Shown here: positions 12,900 to 25,600 of the stretch, piece by piece
Layout: the number at the start of each line of letters is the position of its first letter
Position numbering within the stretch: position 1 is the first letter of the stretch
Source of the DNA: Elsinoe ampelina
Taxonomy: Eukaryota
NCBI GenBank assembly: GCA_010093995.1
Contig: ML992503.1
Span: 921,234 to 985,233 of the forward strand
Direction: 5' to 3'
Length of the DNA: 64,000 bases
Notes under the pieces: model-generated
Told to the model about the DNA's origin: nothing
Databases searched by the model: none
Seen by the model: the letters and a program-made list of their open reading frames with translations, nothing else
Program-made: the position numbers and the translations under genes

Positions 12900-13418
12900 T
12901 CACACCTTCTGTGCAGGTGCATGGAAGGGATCCCATATACCTCGGACACTCTCGTTCAGACTGCGTACCGGCTTCGTCACCCTTTCCAGCTTCTTCCCGC
13001 TCGCCTCCCGCAACAAATTCGCCTTCTGTAGTACCTGTGTTGGCTCCAGATTCCGTACGCACACGGCCTTTTCCCTTCCGTTCATGTACCGTCCGATAAT
13101 CACTGGGTGCTTGTTCGGTCGAGGAGAGATGTTGATTTCAATGCCCGGGTTGGCTTTGGCGAATCGAGGGAGTTCGTGGGTGAGAAAGGACCTGGCAGTG
13201 ATCAGTGATCCTCTTCTTCGGAAAAACAGATCCGTAGTCCTCACTTCATCCCTTTTGAGCTGCCGCCAAAGTTGCAATAGTGGAAGTTGAGCTGCTTGCA
13301 TTGTAGGATGAATGCGCCCACGCCATTCTGGAGAAAGGTCAGCCATGTGGTAACTGCATTTCAGGGTAGATGCACTGACTTGGCTTTGAGCTATCATTCG
13401 GACCGCTTGCAAAGGCAT
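12900..13418 (-). CDS. MRPL51: Mitochondrial large-subunit ribosomal protein mL43 (yeast Mrpl51-like)
   Basis: FAKANP.IE..ISPRPNKHPVI.G.Y.NGREKAVCVRNL and NESVRGIWDPFH motifs. Spliced 5' part. Confidence 0.9.
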   Translation of the reverse strand: MPLQAVRMIAQSQVSASTLKCSYHMADLSPEWRGRIHPTMQAAQLPLLQLWRQLKRDEVRTTDLFFRRRGSLITARSFLTHELPRFAKANPGIEINISPRPNKHPVIIGRYMNGREKAVCVRNLEPTQVLQKANLLREASGKKLERVTKPVRSLNESVRGIWDPFHAPAQKV

Positions 13419-13727
13419 TTTGAAATTAGCAGAGTACCACAAGTCAAGGATGATGCGGTCGTGCTCACAGTATGTCGACTTTCTTCACATGTCTTGGCAT
13501 ACAGATGGCCCGAGCTTGCCTCAGCTTTTGACCAAGCTCCCCTTTCATACACGCGACACAAACTTCATCACATCCAAATCAACCCGCTCAACATCTCCTG
13601 CGACGACAAACGCGAAGATAGCTGCTGCTCTGCTGCTCTGCTGTGCTGCTGCGCTGACAGTGACCATCGGAAATCTGACTGAGGCAGAATCTCACTTCAC
13701 AGGCTGTGAGCCTGCAACTCTCAAGCC

Positions 13728-14972
13728 ATGACCGACAAACTCCCGCCAAATCTGCTACAACTCTTCCAAGCTCGTCCTGCCTTGCGCTATCTGCCGCCTT
13801 CAGATGAGCCTCCCGAGAAGCGCAACACAGGTCCAATTGATGGGCTATCTGAGTTTCTGCCTGCACTGAAGGAGGAGCCGGTACCATATGATGCGACCGA
13901 GAGTTGGCTACAACGCAAAGACCGCAAGAGATGGGAGAAAGAGGAAGCGCTACACAGACTCATGACAGAAGATGTCAAAGAGTGTATGCATTGTGGCTTT
14001 GTTCACATAGCGATCATTCCTAACATGATTAGACGACCCCCAGAACGACCCGAATGCCACCCAGGACCCTTACAAGACCTTGTTCGTCGGCCGCATTGGC
14101 TACCAGGCCACCGAGGATGACATCCGCGGAGCTTTTCGTAGCTTTGGTCGCATCAGAACTGTACTTCACATATTTCTCCCCCACTCGGTATAGTGCTAAC
14201 ATCCAACAGGTTCGTCTTGTTCGCAACGATGATGCCAGCGCAGAAGAAAAGAAGAAGAGGCCACACAACGGCTATGCCTTTATTGAATTTGATTCAGAAG
14301 GCGCCTTCAGAGGTAAAGCATACATTCATGGCTCATGAAAAGCCAACGGTAAGGATATGGACTGACATGGGCTTTTCCCACCTCACAGATGCAATGAACA
14401 ATTCAGAAGGTCTCAGTATTGGCGGGCGGCGTGTTGTGGTAGATTGTGAACGCGGCCGCACGATCAAGGGCTGGCGCCCGCGTCGCTTTGGTGGCGGTAA
14501 AGGAGGTCGTCACTATACCAAGGCTCTACCTCCGAATCGCTTTGGTGCGCCTGCAGGACCTGGAGGTTTCAGTCGAGGTGGCTTTGGCGGCAGAGGGGGC
14601 GGCTTCCGTGGTGGACGTGGATTTGGTGGAGGTAGAGGAGGTTATGGAGGTGATCGAGGAGGTGGTCGATTTGGGGGAGGTGCTCCTTCAGGAGCCCCGT
14701 CCGGTCCACGCGGTGGCGGTGCGAACGGCTATGGAGGGGGAGGATACAATGGAGGAGGGGGAGGTGGGTATGGATCACGCGACTACGGGGGAGGTGGTGG
14801 AGGTCGCGATTTTGGTCGCTCCGGCTCAAATCGGGAGCCTCTTGGTGGCGGCGGAGGCGCCGGTGGAGGTGGAGGTGGCGGTTACCGCGACCGGGATAAC
14901 TACAACCGCAGGAACTACGATGGCGCGGGTGGGTATGACGAGAGTCGAAGTCGTCGCGACTACCGTCAATAA
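13728..14972 (+). CDS. SNP1: U1 snRNP 70 kDa protein
   Basis: MTDKLPPNLL.LF.ARP N-terminus, DPYKTLFVGR, RNP1 GYAFIEF, VVVDCERGRTIKGWRPRRFGGGKGGR, RGG-rich tail. Three introns (~13984-14032, 14161-14209, 14313-14388). Confidence 0.95.
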
Positions 14973-16188
14973 GAGGTTACATGGTTTGTCATGGTGGTAT
15001 ACCCCTTTCGCGCCAGGCACTCAGCATTCTACTTCACACCCTGAATTACTACGGCAAGCGTCCAGAATTCTGCGTCGGCATTTGACTTGGACTTCACAGC
15101 TGGATTCGACTTCTGACCTCCAACATGGGCTCCACAATGGGAATTTACCACTGCAAAGGAGTACTTGCGTTCGATACGGGAAGCATAACCACAGTGGATG
15201 GCACAGCCGCGATACCCAGCGGCATCTGCACTTCGACCATGAATCACGGGCGCTTCCTGCGTGATTCTCAAAAATCATGTACGACTAGGAAAAGTCATTT
15301 CCATAGGAAGCGTAAGTATGAAGAATGTCAAAAATGAATCAAAAGGTGCAGTATCGGACATTGTCAAGGTAAGATGTCCGCATCTCCTTGATCAATCACT
15401 GCCCGAGCACGTGTGGAGAGGGAGAGAATACACGTGGAGGATGACGGCGAAGTTGTTCATACTCGTGGCCCAACAGACCAGACCATGCTGAGCCACTTGG
15501 GAAGCATTGAGAAGAGTTTCAGGAGCATCGATGCGGCTCCACTTGCACACGTAGACAATTGGTCAGTGCAAAGCGGCTCTGCTGAACAAAGATATGCAGG
15601 TAATGCTATGAATAGAGCAATGCCCAATGTCTACACAATCCATGCCGGAATGTCATGTTCTGTCACTTGCCGATGTAGCTAAAAGCTCGTGCCTCGAATC
15701 ATCATGGCATGACCTGTTCATTTCCCGGCCAGGGAGACAAGAAAATGATCTCGCAGTGAATCAGGGCAGCGTGGCCAAGAGCTTTGACCAGGCGATGCTT
15801 GGGGATCAGGGCGCTAAGCCCCGATGCAGCTGCAGCTGCGCATCTTTCCCCGTCTGAATTGCGCGTCTTTGGTGCAATTGCCGTACCATCACGGCTCATG
15901 CGAGACCTTGGTTGTCCTTCTGTCAAAAGCCCTGCTCAAGACTCGACGACTTCATCACCCGTCGGACATGCTGGAAATGCGAAACTGTCCATCCGCTCGC
16001 TAACACGACACGTCGAGAATTATTCTGTGACAGGTATCCACTCGCTCCTCCTTACCAAGACCGCCCCTCGAAAGGATTGGAAACGAGTCAAGATCCAGCA
16101 ACCGCCGGGACCGTGCCTCTTGAGGAATACACCTTCTTGTCTGCATTCATCTCACCCTCACTGACCGGCCATTCGACATTCAGCCATC

Positions 16189-17857
16189 ATGGCTGCGAAC
16201 AGTTATTATAACAGCGAGCCTCCGAGCTACGACGCCGTAGCCGGCCGCCGCCAGGACAATCCTCTTCCATCGCTACCACACCAGCATTCATATCACGATT
16301 CGATCAGTAATACGCCTTCATCTTCTTCATATGATGTACACGGGTCAAATCCGTACTCACATCCTCCACCTGCACAACCTTCTACGTCGTACACAACCAC
16401 GGCGTGTGCCCATCCCTACGGCCGGCCCGATCAGACAGATGATGATGGAGTGCCGCTGAGGCCATACAACCACAAGAGAGACTCACAGGGCAGTCAAGCG
16501 CCCATCATACCACAACATGACGATCCTTTCGTGAAAGACGCGAGACCGGGAGGTCGGAGAAGAGGACATGGTGAATCAGTACCACCGCCGGAAAGACAAG
16601 GATGGTTTAGGGGGAAGATCACATGGTGCTGCTTCTTTTTCTCAATCGTTCAGATTGCCGTCTTCATCGCCGAGCTGGCAAGGAATGGCGCACTGACCGG
16701 CATCCCCATCCAAATCAAGCCCAACTTCAACCCCATGATCGGACCCTCACCATACGTCCTCATCAACATGGGCGCCCGCTACCAACCATGTATGCGCCGC
16801 ATGGATAACGTTAACGAAACTATCGAATGGCCATGCCCCTCCACCACCACCGCCACAGGCGAAGGCCCAACCTGCAGCCTCGCCGAGCTCTGCGGCTTCA
16901 ACGGGCTGAACATCCCCACCTCCTACGGCCTCGCCGACCAAGCCCAACCAAACCAGTGGTTCCGCTTCATCACGCCCATCTTCCTCCACGCCGGCATCAT
17001 CCACATCGGCTTCAACCTCCTTCTCCAACTCACCCTCGGCCGAGACATGGAACTCGCCATCGGATCCCTCCGCTTCGCCCTCGTCTACATGTCGGCCGGC
17101 ATCTTCGGCTTCGTGCTCGGCGGCAACTTTGCGGCAAACGGCATCGCCTCGACCGGCGCTTCGGGATCTCTCTTCGGCGTGTTGGCCCTCAACCTCCTCG
17201 ATCTCCTCTACACATGGCAAACGCGGCGCAAGCCCGGCAAGGACCTCGCGTTCATCCTCGTCGATATCGCCATCGCTTTCGTCCTCGGTCTCCTCCCTGG
17301 TCTGGACAACTTTTCGCACATAGGCGGCTTCCTCACCGGTCTCGTGCTGGGTGTATGCCTCATGCGTTCACCCGCCGCCTTCTCGCAGCGGCTCGGCGAG
17401 GACGAACCCGCGTACGGACTCGCAGGGAGGGGAAGTCCGCCTCCTGGGGCTGCCTACGGGGCGGGATCAGGCGTGGTGGGTTTCGCGAAAAAGCCGCTTG
17501 GGTTCTTCAAGGGGCGGAAAGCTTTCTGGTGGGCTTGGTGGCTTGTGCGGGCTGGGGCGTTGATCGGGACGATAATAGGGTTTATTGTCCTGTTGAAGAA
17601 TTTCTACGTGTGGAGGGCCGGGTGCAGTTGGTGTAAACATTTGACTTGTTTGGTGAGTACCGCTTCTACCTCTGCGGGTGGGGATCTGGGGGAGGCGAAG
17701 AGGATGAGTGCTAATGCGTGCGCAGCCGATCAGCAATTGGTGCGATATTGGGAATTTGAACATTATTACGAATACGCCGGCTAATAGCACGGCGAATCCG
17801 AGCAGGAGGGATTTGTTTGGGGTTACGGCCGAGATGGTGTTGAGGGCGATGGAGTAG
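16189..17857 (+). CDS. Rhomboid-family intramembrane serine protease
   Basis: QWFRFITPIFLHAGIIH, catalytic GASG and DNFSHIGG. Intron ~17653-17724, then a last exon PISNWCDIG... ending at TAG 17857. Confidence 0.92.
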
Positions 17858-18213
17858 GGGCGTTGATGTGGGGATATAGATGTAGGGGAATTGGAGGGAT
17901 GGGTATCGGAAATGGAAACGGAATGGCCGGGGACTGGGATGCATAGCATGGTTGCCTCATTACGGTCTGGGACGGCGTCTTGCTTATGAGAAAAAAGTAT
18001 CGTTTGCATCTGGTATAGGTATCAATGGACATGATGCTCAGCTGAGGACCCTGCTGCCAGCCCCGGCTGCTGTTTATGCCGAAACTGCTTCGTCTACATT
18101 TCTTCCATCACATTTATACGAACCCAATCATTACCGTCTAGATGCACATCCCAGAATCGTCCCTCGTCAACTCATCACTCATACCATCATCTCCTGCCCC
18201 CCCAACACAGGCC

Positions 18214-19844
18214 TCACACCACCACCTCTCTCTTCTCCCCCGCCTCCTTCCCCTCCATTTCATCAAACGCCTTCTGCCTCTGCCTACTATTCCAATTCAA
18301 CGTCCGACTGATACTATCCACCCAATCCTCACTCCTGCGATCCAACGGCAACACCGTCGGGAACGGGAACCTCGACGCCGACACGGTGACGTAATCGCCG
18401 GGCTGCAGCTCCGTGCGCTGTCTCCCGTCGAAACTGGCCCAGCAACTCGCCCGAGCATCGTAGGGCACGCCGATGCGCAGCACGATCGTGTCCGGGAGGA
18501 TGATGGGGCGGAAGTTGAGCGTGTGCGCGCAGATGGCGGTGAGCAGCACGACGGGGTTGTCCGGGTGGCACAGGGAGCCGCCGGCCGCGAGGTTGTAGGC
18601 TGTCGAGCCGGTGGGGGTGGCGACGCAGATGCCGTCCGCTTGGACGGTGGTGAAGTGTTCGTCGTCGCCGAAGACTTCGATCGAGGACATGGTGGGGTTG
18701 GGCCCGCGGTCGATGACGATTTCGTTGAGGATGTTGAAGCTGTGTTCGGGTCGGTGGGTGGTGCTGTCGTCCGAGTCGTCGCCGACGAGTTCTTCGACGA
18801 GGTTGCGTTGGAGTTGGGCACGGTCGGTGGGGCGTTTGTTGGAGCGCATAACGGTGCCTTCGAAGCGGAGGCGGAGGGAGAGGGTGACGCCTTCGTGGAA
18901 GGCGCGTTCGAGGATGGTGGGGAAGGCGTTGAAGTCGAATTTGGTGAGGAAGCCGAGGGAGCCAAGGGCGAAGGAGAGGATTGGGGGGACGATTCGCTGG
19001 AAAAGGGAGGAGGAGTAGAGGACGGTCCCGTCGCCCCCGAGAGCGAGACCGATATCGAACGTCTGTGGTTTTCGCCGGCAGAGTTCGTCGTCCCAGTATC
19101 GTAGTCTGTCTTTCCGGGTGTCATCTACCTTTAGCAGGCCTGCTTCATCGAATGCTGGGTCGTCTTTGAGTTTGTGCTCCACCCATCTGGGATGTCTTAG
19201 TCTCATGATCTGAGCAAAGGTACTTGCTCACCTACACTATATATGCCGTCCCTGACTGATTTTTTCTGTCGAGCAACCAGCACGCCATCTCCTTCGTCTT
19301 CTCGATCAACTTCTTGTCGTGGACTTTCGTGAGGATAAAGACGTTCTTCACTTTCAGATTGAGCCGGATTTGACCAAGCTTTTTCGACAGCTCTCTTATG
19401 CCATATGCCATGTCTGATAGTTGGCGTTTGGTCAGCAGGCGACTATCCGTATGGTGCCCGTTCTTCGAAGGCATATCGGGGTTCTTGTCCGCTCTTTGCT
19501 GTGACAGTATACCCTCACCACTCGGTGGGTTCTCTCCTGAATGCCGCTGCTCTTCCAGCAGGGCGTGTACGAAGCAAGACGCATCGCGCCGTTCGGCGAC
19601 TGCTCCGCCATACTTGTTCGTGACTAGTGACTCGCGCCTCTTGTGCTGTGTAGAGAGATCAAAGCTGACCTAGTGGATTGTAAGCGGAGGCTTGAATGCG
19701 CTTGCTTGTTCACACACCTCGAGTGCGTCTTGCATGGCGTCCTCGCAAGAAGAGTAACCCTGGCTGATGGTCAACATCCTGGCCACACAAGACATCCGAA
19801 GCTGCCGCAGAAAGAGATCTCACATCTGTGGGTTCTGACTTCAT
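18214..19844 (-). CDS. NAD(+)/NADH kinase (Utr1/Yef1-like)
   Basis: LGGDGTVL, GSLGFL, LNEIVIDRG, DGICVATPTGSTAYNLAAGG. Several 5' introns; the start is uncertain (ATG 19844 or 19735). Confidence 0.92.
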
Positions 19845-20012
19845 CCTTACGAACTCGTGCCGTCTGCGGGGTCTTGGTCGTTGAGGATGAGTAGGAGAGT
19901 TCGACCAGCGAAGCTTCTTTCTCGAGCGATAGTTTGTTCCTTTCTCCGTGACACTCCGCTGCAGAATGAACGACTCAGGGGACTGAGTTGCAGTGCTTAA
20001 ATGCTCCGCTTA

Positions 20013-20167
20013 CAGGGCTTTTCAGTTCAAACGAGCCACCCCAGGGCTTGGCGTGATCGTTTTAGACGTTGCATCACCAAATTTGGCTGGCCAGATGTCC
20101 AGATAGATTGTAGTCGTAATTGTCGTCAAAATTGCTTAATTTTTGAAGCTAAAAAAAGGTGTAATAG
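20013..20167 (+). repeat. Left terminal inverted repeat (multi-block)
   Basis: 20011-20054 matches the reverse complement of 48486-48529 at 43/44. Further matching blocks lie at ~20078-20106 and 20146-20166. Confidence 0.9.
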
Positions 20168-20168
20168 T

Positions 20169-21171
20169 ATAGTGAACTATTGAATTACTCTAGCTAAACT
20201 AGCTAACGTTAAATTCCTTCTAGCTAAAGGCTATTTAGACCGTGCTATCTATAGCACTACTAAGGTTGCTCGCTCCACTATCCGGAGGATAAGGCTATTA
20301 ATTAAGTTCTTTAGTGTGCCTTATCTACCTAATAATATTAAGTACTACTTAAGGCTACTCTCTCTAGCTCTTAAAGATGTAAGCCTTACTCTTTCTAGCC
20401 TCCTCTACTATACTAATACTACTTAAGTAAGTTATTCTATACCTTAACAACATCCCTATAGCTTACCTTAATAAGGTAAGGGACTTCCTCTTTAAAATCT
20501 ATACTATACTAGTCTCTATTAGTACTATCTAGAGGACAATTAAGCGCTAGAGATAGTTAAGGAAGGTAGCTAAGAAGGTAGCTATAGAAAGAGATAAGGT
20601 ACTAAGGAGCAATTAAAGTATACACTATAAGAGCTAGCTAGTTAAGAGTATTATTTATATTAATAAGTTAGCTTATAATAAGTATACTATATAGAGGAGA
20701 TATAGATAGACACCTATTAGTGTTAACTATATAGATAGTTAGCTAAAGTAAAGGAGTAAGCGCTAGAGTATACTTCTAGCAATTACTATAAACAGATACC
20801 TTAATAGAGTACTTATCTACTATAGCTCTATTATAGGAGATATCTTTATCTAGTAGCTAAGGGAGTTAGTACTACTATAGCTACTAGCTAGCACAATCCT
20901 AGTTATAGATAATGCCTTAATATATCGCTATAATAAGGTAAAAGAGCTTATAATTAAACACGGAAGTTACCTTAAGTACCTACTACTATATTTACTAGAT
21001 TTTAACTCTATCGAGTAGTTATTCTTAGTGCTTAAAGCGTAGGTAAAGAGGTACTACTATTTAGCTATAGAATTTAACAAATACTAGGACTTCTTAATAT
21101 TAGTAGTTTAGTTATACTATAGAAAGAACACTAGGAACTATTTTAAGAGCTATAGATATAGTATAAGATAA
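20169..21171 (+). pseudogene. RIP-degraded Tc1-like DD34E transposase
   Basis: De-RIPed motifs YIDES (~20656), VMDNA (D at 20908) and LPPYSPDFNPIE (E at 21013). D-to-E spacing is 34 residues. Probable intron ~20379-20427. Confidence 0.85.
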
Positions 21172-21339
21172 ATAGACAAGTATAAAGAGATAGGAGCCTT
21201 ATAAGGTTAAACTTAGCTTTAATATCTACTAGTACTAAGAGGTTAAAAATTCTATACTATAGCCTTAGTCCTTCTACTACCTTATTTTACACCTCTTTTT
21301 AGAAGGCTATCTAGTCTACTAAGTAGTATAATATTACTA

Positions 21340-21800
21340 TTAAAGGCGCTAGCGCTTAAAGGAGCTTATCTTACTAATTATCTATACTAAGAGGCCTTTA
21401 TTAAAGTACTACTCCTCTCTCTAATAAGAAGAATTAATGCCTCTAAGGCTATTAATATTATAATCCTTGCTCTTTAATCTAAACTCTATATTGTCGAGTA
21501 TAGCCTTCTACCTTTTAAAGGCTCTCTTTCTTTTTAGCTAGTTAAAGAATTTAGCTAAAACTTCTACTAGATTAGTATTAGAACTAATAGGTAAGGATCG
21601 CTTAAAGTTAGTAATTATACTACTTAAAGAAGGTAAGGATTAGAGAAGTACGTAGCGTAGTAGTTCTAAGTATATATTAGTAATATTAATAGTGTTAACT
21701 AGTACTAGTAAAGCTAAATAGAACAGTAGTAGAGTTAGTAGTATAGGATAAGGTAAGTTAATAGAGGCCTCTAAAGTAGCTCTTCTTAGAGGTCTAGTTC
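21340..21800 (-). pseudogene. 3' part of the Tc1-element accessory ORF2
   Basis: Continues in frame from 46944 once Gypsy A and one TSD copy are removed. Reads ...RSSPI...LA.FF.W...DYDIDGLRGI...; probable stop at 21340-21342. Confidence 0.6.
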
Positions 21801-21805
21801 TATTA

Positions 21806-22003
21806 TATAACAAAGGTAGAATATTAGAGCTAGAAAGACAAGTATATAGAAGTAAGACAGGTATTATACTAGTATACCCTCGATTGTTATAAGACTAATC
21901 TCTACTCTATCTATTCTATAGGCGAGAAGTGTTTTATTCTTCTATAGAGAATAGTATCTCTAGAGTAAGCTAGCGTAGTATAATCGCTATGTTAGTCCTT
22001 ATA
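21806..22003 (-). repeat. 3' LTR of Gypsy A
   Basis: Direct repeat of 46746-46943, differing by transitions. Confidence 0.92.
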
Positions 22004-22660
22004 ATTATTCTTCCTCTTTAAGGAGTATACCCTCGCGCCTATAAGCCTCGATAAAACCTAGAAAACCTAGTATAGGAGAAAACTAGAAAAGAGTATCTCG
22101 CTAGCGCCTCTTAGATATAGTATACTCTTCGCGTATATAGCGCGCCTATAGTAGCCTATACTATTCTTTATATACTAGATATAGTAACAATAGTATAATT
22201 CTTTATATATAGAATATAGCGCTCTTATATTATTATCTTTATATATAAGAATCTACCTATTATTATATACTACTACCTATTATTCTCTGGATTAGTCTTA
22301 GCTTAGAGCTAGATATATATCTTTCTCTTTTTCTTCTCTTCTTCTTTTCTCCTTTATAACACTTCCTTTGCGTAAGTATCTTACTTAATACTAGCTCTAT
22401 ACTTACGTAGGTCTAATACTATACTAGTAATCTATTTTAGATGCTATATAGTATAGACTAGACCTTACTAGCCTAAGGGCTAGTAGGGGAGGCTTAGCGT
22501 ATATACTAAGCCTACGCTACTATAGATCTAGCTATTAGGCTTATCTATTTAGTTATTCGTTTACTAACCTAGCGTAGTACCTACGTAGTAAATTTTTTTC
22601 TCTTTGTTATTCCGGCCCTATACTAGCTTACCTCCTATACACTTACGCACTTTAATAACT

Positions 22661-25600
22661 ATAGTCCCTAAAATTCCTAAGGAGTAAGTATTGTATATAG
22701 CACTTACGCTACACCGGCGCTAACCTTTTATAGACCTTATAAGAGCGATTTTACTAACTAGAACTAGTACCTTATACTATGCTTATACTACGCTATTACT
22801 ATCGATAAGCACCTCTAGCTCGAAGATAGTATACTCTCTATCGAGGATCCCCTCTACTAGATTACTAAGGCTAAGGCTACCTACTATAATTGTTATAGTT
22901 ATAGTAATAAACACTACTACTAGGTATACTCTACGCCTATACTACGTCTACTTTATACTAACCTTAGTAGCCTACTAAGCTCGACTCTAAGAATTAAGCT
23001 ACTACTAAGAGGCTCTAGATAATGCGAGATAGATACGAACTAGATTCAGTTAGGATCTAGTTTAGATTAGTCACGTAATCTCGGCATCGTAGCCTAGGCT
23101 TCTAGCCGCTCTACCCTCGATATTACGTGTACTTTATATACTAGCTTTTCTTCTTCTTCTTCTAAGTCTCGATATCTTAACGAATAGACGTAATTCTCTT
23201 GTCTTACTAATTGTAATTACTATATCGAGACTTCGAAGAAGCTATAACTAAGCAATAGAGCTATTAAACTATCTAGTTATTCTACTACTTACGTAACTAC
23301 TAATAACTACTACTTACGAAGAATTAAAGAATTAAAGAAGGAGCTATTACGACTATAGTTCCCGCGTACACTATAATAGATCCTCGCTGCCGCTATGTAG
23401 GTTAATACTACAAACTCTAAAGATATAAGAAGAAGGTAATAAGTCGAGTTATAGACGACTCTTAAAGGAAGTAGGCTACCAGCTAAAAATTTTAATATTC
23501 CCTTTATTACGCGTTAACTTTTTATACTATTCTATTTACAACTAACTATGCTAAGTATAGCTTAATCTAACTATAGCAACGAAGAGCGCTACTAAAGTAA
23601 GCTACCTTAACCTATCCCTAACAATAATAACGCCCCTATCTACTCTCTCTACTATAATCTTTTTGCCCTCTCTAACGCTATACTCCTTAAGAAGCTATAG
23701 GAAGAGTATAGTATATAGGCACTAAGAGACGTATTTAACTATATTAAGTTCTTCTACGATAAGTAAACTATATAGGTAAAAGGCGCTTATACTAACGCTC
23801 TCTACTATTACTACGAGTTAGATACTACTTAGGCCTAGCTTAGTAACCTCTAATCCGAACTAGACGTATCTTAGTCCTATACTAACAGCGTTACTACCTA
23901 AGCTACTTGCTACCTAGACAAAATCTAAGAGCTTAAGGCTAAGGTAGACTAACTAAGAAACGAGATAGAGCGTAGTATACTAGCCCTTTCTACACGTAGC
24001 CCTACCTTGTTAGAAAAGATACTAGACTCTACTATCTTTAGTATAGGTACACCGGAGTAGTTCGAGGTCTTTAAGCACTAGATAAGGAATAAGATACGCG
24101 CTAATATAGATCGTTTCTCTACGAGGGACACCTAGTTTGCCTATCTATACTTACGCCTCTCTAGAGAAGCCTATACCCTTATTATAGACTTAGCTAGTAA
24201 CGACGTTATTAGCGTCGAAGAGGTCCTTACTCTCCTAGCCTAGCGCTTCGAGGATCCTAACTATAGGGCTACTATATGCACTTAGTTCGCTAACCTCTTC
24301 TAGCGTAATAGTATATTTAACTCCTTTATTAGCAAGTTTAATAAGTACGCCCTTTGCGCTAAGATCGCTAAAGAGGAGTAGCTATACTAGATCTATTAGA
24401 AGATATCTAACGAGCTACGCGATGCTCTAGTTAACTACGACACTAATAACCTTGCCGCCTTTATTACTAAGGCCTACGCTACCAACTATAACATCTAATA
24501 GAATAACCTTATTACTAAGCGCACTTAGGCTTTACGTTCTATGCTAGCTATAAGCTACGCTACTACTATACCTACTTACGTACCTTATTCTACCTCCGCG
24601 CCTATAGCTCTACTTACCTTTCGCCTTATTGCCGAAGGTACTCTATAGCCTTTCTATCTAGCTCTAGCACTTACCTATTACGTATACGGTAAGCCTAGAC
24701 ATATCTCTACTAAGTGTATAGCTAGCGCCTTAGAGAAGGCTACTTACGCTACTATACGCCTCGTACGTATTAGCGCTATAGAGGAGATATAGTAGCTCTA
24801 GAATCGCTTAGCTAAGTTAAGTAACTAGGTCGATACTAGTTCGGCTTACGAACTAGATCTAGTTAAGCCTTAGTTTAACCCCGAAATAGACTACGAGCCT
24901 ACTAGTTTCTCTAGCTAGAGAAATAAGTAGCTAGAGGACAAGTCCTATCCTCTAGCGGAATAAGGGTAATTCGAGATAGATCCGGAGGTATATAGTTACT
25001 AAATAGTGTTATTAGCTACTACATCCCCGCTATTATAACTCCTATTACTATTTACGACCCCTATAACTACTCGCGCACTATTACACTTTAAGCCTTTATT
25101 AACACTAGTGCGCTTATTAGCGCCGTAGTTAATTATAACATTCTTAATAAGCTAAAGAGCTTCGGCTACCCCGTAGTACTAGCTAGTTCTATTTAGCTTT
25201 AAGCCTATAATAGTGTTCTAATAGAGTAAGTTACATATAGTGTTTCCCTTACTACTACCGTTTCTAGCAAGCTAAATAACCTTACTACCTTTCGCATTAT
25301 AGATATTAGCCGATTTAATATTATTCTTAGCCTTAGCTAGCTTAAGGCTAATAGGGCTACTATCGACTATAAGTATAGCCGAGTTATATACAAAGAAGAG
25401 TTTTCGCTAACAGTTATTAAGTAGGAGCTACTATAGCTAATTAAAAGGCTAGAATCTAGATCTAAGCCCGGCTTAGATCTAGGAACCTAGCTTAGTAAAG
25501 CTGCCGTTTTAGTTTAGAATTAGTTCGGTCCTAGTTTAACACGTAAACTAGGTCCTAGCTTAGCTACTAAGATAGAGCGAACTAGACTATATTAACTACT

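Noticed and set aside
14560..14960. GGN-rich repeats
   Set aside because: Encode the ordinary RGG/Gly-rich tail of U1-70K.
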